A DNA stretch of 64,000 nucleotides, taken from Ophelia neglecta (taxonomy: Eukaryota). The translations under genes and the position numbers were made by a program. This document shows positions 1-12,200 of this stretch, in pieces. Every line of letters starts with the position of its first letter. Position 1 is the stretch's first letter. The notes under the pieces were generated by a model that saw only the letters and a program-made list of their open reading frames with translations, made no database searches and was not told the origin of the DNA. Where the stretch lies: NCBI GenBank assembly GCA_965285935.1, contig OZ260663.1, positions 48,608,001 through 48,672,000 of the forward strand. Reading direction: 5' to 3'.

Positions 1-280
1 CATAAACAAGATAGTGCATACCCAAGCATCTTGTGTGATGTCCTCAAAGTTCAAGAAATTAGGAAAATGTTATAAAAAATACTTTCTGCTTCAATTTTTG
101 CAAGGCTTTCAGCGATAGTTTTCAGACAGGAGAAGCAGGGAGATGGCCAAACATATTGTGGTGCTAATCAACAGTTACTATTATAATGATTAGCAATTAT
201 CAATAGGAAATTAACATTTTTCATATAAACTAATCAGCCTGGCCCAATTCTTAATTAACATCATTCCGAGTACAACTTAC

Positions 281-3200
281 ATTGTCCAACAGCTGTTCAA
301 ACCAGTCAAAACCAGTCTCCTTGCAAGCAGCGACAACATCCGTTATATTCATTACCCGTTGGAGGAGCCTGGCAGAATCTCTGTTTTTGGTGGGAGTAAA
401 CCACATAATCTGGAATGTTTCATTAACTAATTTCTTGATCCCTTCTTCATCATTCACCCTTCGGATCATTTTAACACACATCTCTGGAATTTTCTCAAAT
501 GCTGCTTGATCTAAGCAAACATCCCTGAATATCTTAATCACTCTCTTTCTCACACTTATACCAGTGTCCTGGAAATAAAATATCAGACATTACTATAAAC
601 TGTCACTGTCTTGGGGGGGGGGGGGGGGTAAAATTAATTAACTTTTACCTGTCTTAACTCTCAATACCTTGTAGCCAATAACAGACTGACATGTGACTAA
701 TACAATTAAAAAAGAGTTTTTATTTTTTATAAAAGCAGTGGTCCTCACACAACACATGGTCTGTTTAGGATATGCAATAAGAGTAAACTCCAATTTGACA
801 ACTAGAATGGATACCATAAAACAACAACAAAAAAACAGAGACTTACCAATATTCTTTCAGAGAGCATGGTATAATACTGAGCTGTAAGCTCTGGACGGAC
901 CAAGATGAACTTTCCAACAAGCTCTACTGCTGCCTCCCTCACTGATGTGGATTGATCCATAAACCTTCCATGCACGCCCTGCTCCATATCAGTCTGATTA
1001 AAACAAACATTTCTTATTATAAGAAACACTTCCCCCCCAATTACAATGTTCAAACTTAAACATTGACCATGTACAAATACAAAGTATTAGTCTTACACGG
1101 GCAAGGATAGAGGGATCAGCTTCAACAACGGCAGTCAAACACTTCATAGCCTTTGTTCTTACTGCAACCGCTGTCTCACATAAAACTTTCAGAATCTGAA
1201 ATTGTAATGTTGGAAATAAGGGTCATTATTGTCAAATCCTGCCATATTTTCATTAACAAAACATTGGAGCGTTCTGTTCTTATCTGTAGGTAATGGGAGA
1301 CAGAGGGATGGATTGGTGTGACATTGTTGGTATCATTATAAACTGCACTTACCTGAGTAAGATATATGTCAAAGCTTTGAGAAAACGGCCGGTTTGACGC
1401 CAGGTATCTTGTGACAAGCAGAGCACTGTCGTAATCTAATTTACTTGGTGATGGTCTGAAAGTTAAGCAGAAACAAAGAAATTTGAGCCTCAGGACATAA
1501 CATGATTTTATTAAATGCTGTGGTAACACTTGAAATTAAATTAATAATGGTAAAAAACACATGCTTTTTAATTTATTAAACTTACTTAAATGTTGCAAAA
1601 GCCCCAATTTGCCCCTTCATCTGTGAAAGGAGAAATATTTTTCTCCGTTCAACCTCGGCTTGTACTTCTTTCACTTTGTCCAGTTCTTCAGCCATGTCAT
1701 TTTCAGAGTCTCCACTTTTGTTTTGGGCTGCTTTTGTAACTTTTTCTACTTCCATGGTACAATCTCTATACCACTGGCCGACATAAAACTGTCTAGCAAA
1801 CTGCAAAGGATAATGTGTTACACTAGTTATTGAGACTGAAATGCTCATGCATGTGATTCAACAGTGTCCAGTTGAATAGTTTATTACAAGCACCATATTT
1901 TCCCTTGGGGAACTTGAATTGTATTGTGTGATGAGCAGAGCTGAGTTTCTTAGATCATTGTACTGATATACTCACTATTAAAGCAGGGTCATTCTGAGAA
2001 TTATACACAAGATATTGTAGAAGCGCCTTCTGTAATCTTTCTGTTTTCCCTACTGCCTCATGTTTCTTTTGGTCTTCTTTTTCTTTGTCACCTTCATTGT
2101 TTTTTTTTTCAGCATCCGCCTTTTCTGAATTCTGTCCTTCACCCTCTTCATTTATCTATATAAATTTAATTTCACAGGAATTAAAATCTCAAACCCACTA
2201 TCTAAGTATAGCTTGTTGGAAAGTTCATCTTGGACCATCCAGAGCTAACAGTTCAGTATTACACTATGCTCTCTGATTGGCAGTGGTTCATTATAAGGAA
2301 TTTTCAGATTGACAAAGTGAAGCCTTGTACCTGCTCAATTATTTCAAGTATAGTATCTTCATTCATACTACTGGAGACGGCATCTTTACGCAACCTGGCT
2401 GCCACAATGCCCAAATAATCCAGAGAGGCCACTCGGAGTGACATGTCCACATGTTTATTACTAAATTGATGTACCTGTTGACGAGAAATGAAGGGTTAAT
2501 ATATGGTAAATACAAAGTCTTGAGAGTTGTTCATAATACAATAAAAAGTGGCCTCACACATACCAACAATCTGCCTAGAAAACTAAGGAGAAGTTCTGCA
2601 GCTGGCCATTCAGGTTTGTTGACTGTTGCTAAAAGGTCATACACAAAGTTTTCAAACAATGGCCTGTAGTCATCTTCTCCTTTCACAGTACACCTACAGA
2701 ATTAAGGTCAGAGGGTTATAAATCTATTGAAATTATTGACATAAAACAAGTGCCCTGAATTTTCCCAAATTATTGACATTATTGATTAAGAATTTAAGAT
2801 TTTAGATGGATAATAAGTGCACATTCAAGAATTGCCTGGAGAAATATTGCATCACTTGTAGTTGCCTGTGTTAGTAAAGGTTGACAAAAACATTCAAGTA
2901 AATTGCTGATCTAGATTATCATTTCTGCTGGCAGAACAGAGTTTGCAAAACATGTTCAATATGCACATTTATTTAACTGTCCTGACCACAGCTGAAAGGC
3001 ACACAACAGGCAGCCACTCTCTTGGACATATGTTGTGGAAAAATTGGTTTGCAAACATATTAGGTTACGACTTTAGCAGCCTGTGTATGTTTAAGCAATA
3101 GAAGGCCGGGGATAGACTCCAGGTCGCATCCATGTTAGGGGTGGGAAAGTGAAGAACAAACATAAAACTATTTTCCAACCCTGCAATACTGCGACACTGT

Positions 3201-6200
3201 TATTTGCCTTTAAACCAAAGTAAGGGCAAAGCTTATAATTCTGCATTTAGTGCTTGCATTGGGTACCCAAAATGCTACAAGTGGACTTACTTCCTGAGGA
3301 AAACAGAAAGGAAATAATGAGCTGTCCTCATGGCAGTTTCATAAGATGTTATGATGGTAACTTCACAATCAACCTGAAGAAAATACAGAAAAGATAATAA
3401 AGACAGTTTATTATCAAACACTTAAAAGCTTAAATCCTCTGTTTAATAAGAGTGTAATGTACATGAAATGTTCAATGTATCCTGCTTATCCTTTGAGCCA
3501 GATGTATTGACAGTTTTTTAAATATTGTACAATAATGGGCTCATATTGCTGACCTGGTCGGCCTTTTCTCCCTCCTTTGCCCTCCTTTCTTCTTCAGAAT
3601 TTGGAGAACCTGGTCGCTGGGGAGGTTCTTCTGGGACAGAAGGTAACTTGACCACACACTGAATCAATTCCAGCACAAGGGCTGTTACCATCTGGATTTG
3701 TTCCTCGGCATTAAGCCTATCAAAGAAGCAAATCAATGAGATCAGGCATGTTTACTGAAATAACATTACCAATTTTGCTAAATACTGGATATAAAACTAT
3801 CTTAGATGGTCACCAGCCCCAGCCCAATCTGGCATTGCAACATTATTTGTAATTCAATTATTTCATTAAATCCCAAAGTGCAATATACTTCTAACAGCCT
3901 GGATTACTTTCTGCTAGATAGAGTGAAGGGAAAAAATAAGAACAGGGTCATTAACTTTCAATATCGGTAGGCCCTACTGACATTCAGCAGGTTGTTGGTG
4001 TTGTTTGGGGTTTTACGTGGCTCTCAACACTTATATGGTCATATCTCCATGGTGCCTACTTGTGACAGTGGGCTCAATGCCCTCTTTATAGTGCTGCCTC
4101 ACTGGAGTACCTGCCATAGACACCAGACAGGGAACCCAACCCAGTCACATTATACTGACACCGGGTTGACCAGTCCTGATACTACCCCCAAAATGCCGGG
4201 TGCCTGGCAAGGGAGCTATCAATACCTATTCTTACGTCTTGGGTTTGATGCGATCAGGATTCAAACCCCGATCTCCCACTTGACACCCTAACCACTAGGC
4301 CACGCTTCGGGGGTTGACATTCAGCAGGCCCTGAGAATTTAGCATAAAAATGTGCTGCCGAAATAATGTTCTAGCCCATTGGGCAGGTTACAATTGATAG
4401 GCCCTAGGCCTACAGGTCCCTGCTCATTTCTTTCCCTGGTATGTCTTAGCATAGCTACCAATCCTTTGACAATATCATATACTATTGTAAAGGTCCTAAA
4501 ATTGTTCCATGTATTCATATTTTCTTTTATCTGAGATCCACTTTAACTACTGGTTGGTTATGTGTTTAACATGTAAGTAGTGGTTAGTGCGTATTTTGAA
4601 TTGCCTCTGGTGAAGCCCCCTAGTGACCAACTTTGGGTATTTGACCTCTGACCGGAAGCTAGGTCAAGCGTGTTAGTGTAAACATGGCTAGGATGGAGGT
4701 AGCATCTTCAAATGTAACTACCCAAGAATTAAGGAATTTTGAATGAAGTATAAACCTGGAATAAAGGTAATTTCATTTTTGAAGTAGTCATGCCTAACTT
4801 GCATTACTTTGAAAGGTGTTGTATGTAAAAACAATATAAGATTAACCTTTAAACTTGTGCTATATTTTTCCCGCCTTTGTACTTAGTAATCCTTGTGTAT
4901 AGGGTCATGTTATGCAGTTTAAATGGCAAGATATCTGATGTATGTTTGGAGTGTATTTTTTAACATGTATATTACTGGTTCTCTATAGAGAATTCGGAAG
5001 CCCATGTAATATTTTGGATCTTCTATGATTTGGGCTGTAATATTGGAAAGCTTGCAGGCAAGGATAATTTGTAATGGAGTACAATGTGGATTAGTACTTG
5101 CACTGTAATTAGTAGGTCAACCTGTATCACCTTGATGTACAGTTTGTCAGAGTGTAAATAATTTGGTGTGGAGCATTGTTATTTTGTGTAAGTGTACATG
5201 TAATGTTTGTGCACCTGCAGGTTAATTCTCTTAATTTACTGGTCCTTTGCAAAATTATGTGTGACTATGTATTGAAACCCACCTTTGTTTTGACTTTCAG
5301 TCTTACGACAATAACCGTAGCAATAAATGGATATCATTAGTAAAAGGACTTGGTTTTTGACTCGGCTAATGGTATAAACGGTTGCGGCGGTCACAGTAAG
5401 ACTTTACCAGATGTTTATGGGAAGAAGGAAAGGGAAGACTTAAACAGAAATTTAAATGAAGAAAGAACTATGGCTACATTAGAAGAATTACAGACAGCCT
5501 TTCAAGAGCACAACGATTTATTTGACAACCTAGCGACTCTGACAGACAGTATATACTACAACATCAACAATGAGAAGGATACAGGGTTGGCAGAGTCTCA
5601 ATTTGAGAATTTCACTCAAGACCTCACCTTGTTTAAGGCATCAGGAGAAAAAATTAGGGGTATGGCCTATTCCCAGCATCAAGTCAACTTGTTCCTTGCG
5701 GAATTTAATGGAAGGATGGACTATCTGCTAAAATGCAAAGAAGATACCAGAAATTTCCTGCAAAAAAGGCAAGCAGAGCTCAGGCAACTCCCCGTTGGAC
5801 ACCCTATCAACCGATATGATGTCCAGCCTGAGGACAGCATTTCCCAGGTAGGCCGGCGGACAAGTCACGTATCACTCAGAAACCACCCTGTGGGTCCCAA
5901 TGAGGGCACAGACGACGTTAGGCCTGAGGATAGCGTATCACAGACACGGTCACGCTCCTCACGGACCAGCTCTGTTAAATCAAGCGCCAGCCTCCTACGC
6001 CTTCAAGAGGAGCAGAAGCAAGCAGAAATCGCAGCTAGAACAGCGGCACTCGCTGAAAGGCATAGACTAGAGAGATCAAGGCTTGAGATGCAGAAAAGAA
6101 AAAGAATCAATGAGGAACTGCTAGAAAAACAGAAGGAAGAATTGAGACTTGAAAAACAGCGTCTAGAAGACGAAGAAGCAGCATTCCAGCTAGAGATAAA

Positions 6201-9200
6201 ACGTCAGGAAGAAATCTTTAAATTAAACACTGAAATGAATGTCAGCAGGGCAAAGTGCCAAGTCTTGGAAAAGTATGAAGACAAGAGAGAAAACATCTCA
6301 TCAACTAATCATCCACAGTCAGGTGTGAGGGTTCCTACTTACATCTCAACCCCACACTTTAATTACCAAGGGCATGACAGACATCTCAGACAAACGAGTG
6401 ACAGTGTGACTGCACATGAAGCTGCCCAAGCACAGTATGATGACAGGGGATCCCTCCAAGGTGGCTCCATCACCAGGCAAGATCGACTGTCATCAACAGA
6501 AAGTCAAGTGCCCACCAATCACACGAGGACCAGCTTGGATCCTGGGGTACGTACACCAATCTCTGACAGCAGCACACTGCTTGCTAGTGCACTCGATGGA
6601 TTGGCTGATAGGTTGGTAAATCGTGACAACTTGCCAAGGATGATGCCAGAAAAATTCGGAGGTGACCTGATGCAATATTCACATTGGATTCAATCATTTG
6701 AGACCATCATTGAAAGGAATGCTGCAGCGGTGAGCCAGAAAATGTTTTTCCTGGGAAAGTGCACAACGGGCGAAGCCCATAATGCAATCCACGGGTTTTT
6801 GGCCCTAAACAATGAAGATGCTTATCAGAAGGCTAGAGCTACTCTTCAGAAGCGCTATGGGGACAAATATCTCCTGGCAAAGGAGTGTAAAAGAAAAATA
6901 AGAAACTGGCCACAAGTTAAATATGGCGATGGAAAAGGGCTTAGAGATTTTTCTGACTTCCTGATGCACTGCAAGACTGCAATGCTGACATCTAAGCACC
7001 TTGCTTCACTTGACACTGAAGAAGAAAATGCCAAGATGCTTGAGAAACTCCCCAAGAACATTATTGACAGGTGGAGCCGGATAGTTGACAAGTGGCTGAA
7101 CTGTGGTGACGAGGATAAACAGTGCTACCCAACCCTGGCAGCTTTCTGCGATTTTCTTGAGCAGGAGGCCAGAATAGCATGTAATACGGTTAACATGAGA
7201 CAACCTCCCCCAGCAGAGAGAAGAGAAGAATCAAGATCAGGCAGAGCCCCCCCACGGAGAAAACCAGCTGGTTGTTTTTCAACCGCAGCCATGATCGAGG
7301 AGGTCCCAACGGAACCTATTGGTGTTCATGCGCTGGCAACAGTCACCCGGCCTCAGCAGAATGACAGGGGCTGCATACTCTGTGGGCAAGCTCATAGCCT
7401 GGAACATTGCAGACAGTTCATCAAGATGACCCTAGAAGAAAGAAAATCATTACTTAGAAAAAAGGGCTATTGCTATGGATGCATGGCAGGACGACATCTG
7501 TCCAGAACATGTAATCAGAGAAAAGTGTGCAAAACATGCGACGGCCTTCATCCAACTTTGCTGCATGAAGATTTCCCTCCTGGAAGGGCACTTGCTGCAC
7601 CTAGCCGTGAAACCGAGAGGAGGGTTGTTTCCCACTGCACCGAGGCTGGGATTGCTGGCATTGTATCACATAAAACAGATACTGGGGACTCATGTGGGCA
7701 CTATAATTCCATGATAGTGCCAGTGAAATTGTGTCATGAAGACTACCCAGAAGAAGCAGTCATAGTGTACGCTTTATTAGACGATCAGTCCAACTCAACT
7801 TTTATCTCTCAAAAAACCTTGACCAGGCTCAGGGCTAGTGGAGAGCCTGTGAAGATTAGGTTGGCCACCATGTTAGCAGAAAGGGTGATAGATAGCAAGG
7901 TGGTGCATGGACTTTCTGTATGCAACCCCAAGGATGATCTGTCAATTCCGCTCCCCGGAGCATACCTGCGCCAGACAATACCTGCTGATAGAACACTTAT
8001 TCCGCGTAGGGAGACTGCACGGGAGTGGCCCCATCTCATGGAGGTGGCAGATCAGCTACTGCCGTACAGGGAGGATATTGAAATAGGCCTACTCATTGGT
8101 TTAGACTGCCCCCATGCAATGAAACCCAGGGAGCTTATTCCAGGAAAGGACAATGACCCATGGGCTGTTCGCACCTCCCTTGGATGGGGAGTTGCTGGAA
8201 TAATGGACCCCTCTCATGCAAGGCTGAGGAGTGTTGCCAATGACAGACCATGCCACCTGGCTTTCCGGACTCATGCCACTGAAGTGAGCCCAATGGAGGT
8301 TCATAAAATGTTCGACCAGGACTTCCATGAAGTGAAATCACTAGAGGCATACTCAGTGGAAGATGGCCGGTTTCTGGAGCAGATCTCAAAGGGCATTCAT
8401 ACAAGGCCTGATGGGCACTTCGAGACCCCCTTGCCTCTGAAAGACGATGCCCATTTGCCAAACAACAAGAGTGTGGCGCTCAAGAGACTTTCTGGGTTGA
8501 AGGGAAAGCTCATGAGGGATAGCCAATATAGGGAGGACTACTCAAAGTTCATGACAGACATGATAAGCCATGGATATGCTGAGCCTGTACCAACTGAAGA
8601 GTCAACCACAGCTAAAGGGAGAACATGGTATATTCCACACCATGGCGTGTACCACCCCAAGAAGCCTGGAAAGATCAGAGTGGTATTTGATTGCAGTTCC
8701 GAATACAGAGGCGAAGCACTAAATCGCCACTTGCTACAAGGCCCAGATCTAATAAATAATTTAACTGGGGTCTTGTGCAGATTTCGGCAAGAACCCGTCG
8801 CATTGAGCTGCGACATTGAAGGGATGTTCCACCAGGTTGGTGTCAACCAAGAAGACAGAGACCTCCTGCGCTTCCTTTGGTGGGGCGATGATAAGCTCAC
8901 AGACCCAAAGGAGTATAGGATGACGGTGCACTTATTTGGCGCCACCTCCTCTCCAGGATGCGCAAACTATGCACTAAAACAGACTGCAGACAGGTATGAA
9001 GCGGAATGCGGCAAAGCTGCTGCAGACTTTGTCCGAAATAACTTTTACGTAGACGACGGCCTGAAGTCCGTAGCCACCCCAAATGAAGCCCTGCAGCTTG
9101 TGGAGAGCAGCCGCACCCTGTGTGCAAGGGGTGGATTCAACTTGCATAAGTACCTGTGCAACAACAAAGAAGTTTTGGCAGCAATCCCACCTGATCTCAG

Positions 9201-12200
9201 AGCCAGGGATGCTCAAAATCTAGACCTGACCTGTGACTCTCTACCAATGGAAAGAACACTCGGCATACAGTGGTGCATTGAGTCTGATACATTTCAGTTT
9301 CGTATTGAGGTCAAGGATAGGCCACTTACACGTCGTGGAATCCTCTCGACAGTCAGCTCAGTGTTTGACCCGCTTGGTCTTGTATCCCCCTTTGTGCTTG
9401 TGGGCAAACAAATACTACAGGAAATGGTCCGTGATGGCAGAGATTGGGATGAACCAATCCCTGAAGAACTGAAGGCTCGGTGGGAGAGATGGCGCTGTGA
9501 GTTGCCAGAACTGGCAAAAATCAGAATCCCAAGATGTTTCAAGAACGGCAAAATTGACAGACCAACCAAGATAGAGCTGCACAACTTTTCAGACGCGAGT
9601 TTGAACGGTTATGGACAATGCAGTTATGTACGACTACTGGACAATCACGGCAATGTATCCTGTTCACTAGTTATGGGAAAGTCCCGTGTTGCTCCTTCCA
9701 AGGCGATTACCGTTCCCCGTCTCGAGCTGACAGCTGCTGTGGTATCGGTTCGCATAGGAAGTTTCCTTCAGAAAGAACTCGATTATAAAGATATTCAGCA
9801 CTTTTGCTGGACTGATAGCAAGGTTGTGCTTGGTTACATCGCTAACGAGTCCCGTAGGTTTCACATCTTTGTTGCCAATCGGGTGCAGCAAATTAGAAGC
9901 AGCAGTGATGTAAATGCATGGCACTATGTGGACACAAAGAAAAACCCTGCAGACATTGCCTCACGGGGCATGTGTGCTGCAGATCTGACAGGGGCTGATG
10001 ATTGGTGGTATGGTCCTTCATTTTTGAGATCTTCTGCACCCCTGCCCTTGACACAGGAAAGCATGCCAGTGTCACCAGAGGATCCAGAGGTGAAGAGAGT
10101 GGTTGCCCACACCTCCCGGGCTAGGCCCGTTTTCTGCGATCTATTGGACAGAATTGCCAGATTTTCTGATTGGCACCATGCCAGAAGGGCTGTGGCTGTA
10201 TGCCTGAAATACAAGGAAATCCTTAAGCAAAGAATCAGTGAAAGGAACTCTGAAAGGCCCCCCCGCAATAAAGGGCGCCCTGTGTACCGCTGTGCAGATG
10301 TAGAAACAATGAAAGAAGCAGAAAGAATCATTGTTTCAGCTGTCCAGAAAAGGGCATTTCCTGGAGAGTTGACAGTCTTGAGGACTATCAACACATATGC
10401 CTCGGACCGACAACAATGCAGAAATCGCAATATTGCACTCAAAGAAGGCAGCTCCTTATACCGCCTTGATCCCTACCTAGGTACAGATGGACTTGTGCGT
10501 GTAGGGGGTAGGATACGAAGGGCCAATGTACCACGTGACCTGGCACACCCAGTAATATTACCAAAGGATTGTCATGTGACCCGGATGGTCATCCAACATT
10601 ACCATAGGCGAGCTTGTCATTCAGGCCGTGGGATTACTCTAAATGAGATAAGAGCTGCAGGGTACTGGATCTTGAAGGCCAGAACAGCTGTCACTTCCTA
10701 CCTGTGGAACTGTGTTAAGTGCAAGAAGCTCCGAAGTCAGACGGTGTCTCAGAAGATGGCAGACCTGCCTGAAGACAGAGTGGAGCCCTCAGAACCATTC
10801 ACCTATAGTGCTGTGGACTTCTTTGGGCCATTTTACATTAAGGAGGGACGCAGTGAGCGAAAAAGATGGGGTGTAATCTTCACGTGTATGGCGTCACGTG
10901 CCTTACATCTAGAGTCAGCAAACACCATGTCAACCGACTCCTTTATAAATGCATACAGACGTTTTGTTGGCCGGCGAGGACCCATAAGACAACTGCGCTC
11001 TGACCGAGGCACAAATTTTGTTGGGGCTCGCTCTGAGCTCGCAGCAGCCTTAGCAGAAATGGACAACCAAAAGATCGCTGCTGAACTGCTTAGAGATAAC
11101 TGTGACTGGGTATCCTTTAAGATGAACCCTCCTCATGCTAGTCACATGGGAGGCGTTTGGGAGAGGTTGATCAGGGCCGTGAGAGCGGTGCTCGCAGCTT
11201 TGTTGGACGCCCATGGCAGTCGCATGGACGACGAACAACTAAGAACTCTCCTGGTGGAAGCAGAAGCAGTAGTCAACAGCAGGCCGATATCCTGCCCTGA
11301 CAACTCAGATCCCGATTCAGGTGAGGCACTGTCACCAAGCCAGATTTTGACATTAAAATCAAAGGTGATACTTCCTCCTCCTGGCGTGTTCCTGAAAGAG
11401 GATCTGTACTGTCGAAAGCGCTGGCGTGTGGTTCAATTCCTGGCCAACCAGTTTTGGAGCAGGTGGCGTGCCGAATACCTAACTACTCTGCAAGAAAGAA
11501 AGAAGTGGAATAAAAGGCATCCAAACCTCCAGGTTGGGGATATAGTCTTGGTTAAAGACGAATGCACTACGAGATGTCAATGGCCAATGGCACGCGTGGA
11601 CAAGACCTACCTCAGTGCGGACGGATTGGTACGAAAGGTCAGTGTCATGATGGGGAAGTCAACCTACGATCGTCCTGTGCACAAGCTGGTTCTACTTTTG
11701 ACACCGGGAAGCCCCGTCGAGGAGCCTAGTACAATTGACATTTGAATATACATTTTTGAGTAAATGTGTTTTTAAAAGTGGTTTTAAATATGCTTGATTA
11801 CGTGCTTCCTTAATCTGATGAACAAAGAACTTTTATTTACGACTCAGAGATGACAGTGTCATGACGAACGGGTGATTGAGTAAATAAGTCGATAGGTTAT
11901 AGACTATATTTAGGGGAGCCATGTAAAGGTCCTAAAATTGTTCCATGTATTCATATTTTCTTTTATCTGAGATCCACTTTAACTACTGGTTGGTTATGTG
12001 TTTAACATGTAAGTAGTGGTTAGTGCGTATTTTGAATTGCCTCTGGTGAAGCCCCCTAGTGACCAACTTTGGGTATTTGACCTCTGACCGGAAGCTAGGT
12101 CAAGCGTGTTAGTGTAAACATGGCTAGGATGGAGGTAGCATCTTCAAATGTAACTACCCAAGAATTAAGGAATTTTGAATGAAGTATAAACCTGGAATAA

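Noticed and set aside
2230-2418. Plus-strand ORF MDHPELTVQYYTMLSD as a second NIPBL-like gene
   Set aside because: It is only the 67-bp inverted exon copy; it starts at TTG and similarity ends at 2276.
4245-4314. Possible tRNA gene
   Set aside because: The A/B boxes belong to a SINE head with tail and TSD; no full cloverleaf.
5396-5415. Conventional tRNA primer-binding site
   Set aside because: There is no TGG complementary to the tRNA CCA next to the LTR end. An internal tRNA-fragment primer cannot be excluded without a search.
5350-5469. ORF-track N-terminal extension of Gag-Pol from TTG at 5350
   Set aside because: It starts at a non-ATG codon inside the LTR and crosses the PBS; the first in-frame ATG is 5470.
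6416-11238. Many 60-170 aa overlapping or antisense ORFs in the retrotransposon
   Set aside because: Shadow frames of the gag-pol ORF with no recognisable motifs; there is no env-like ORF between 11745 and the 3' LTR.
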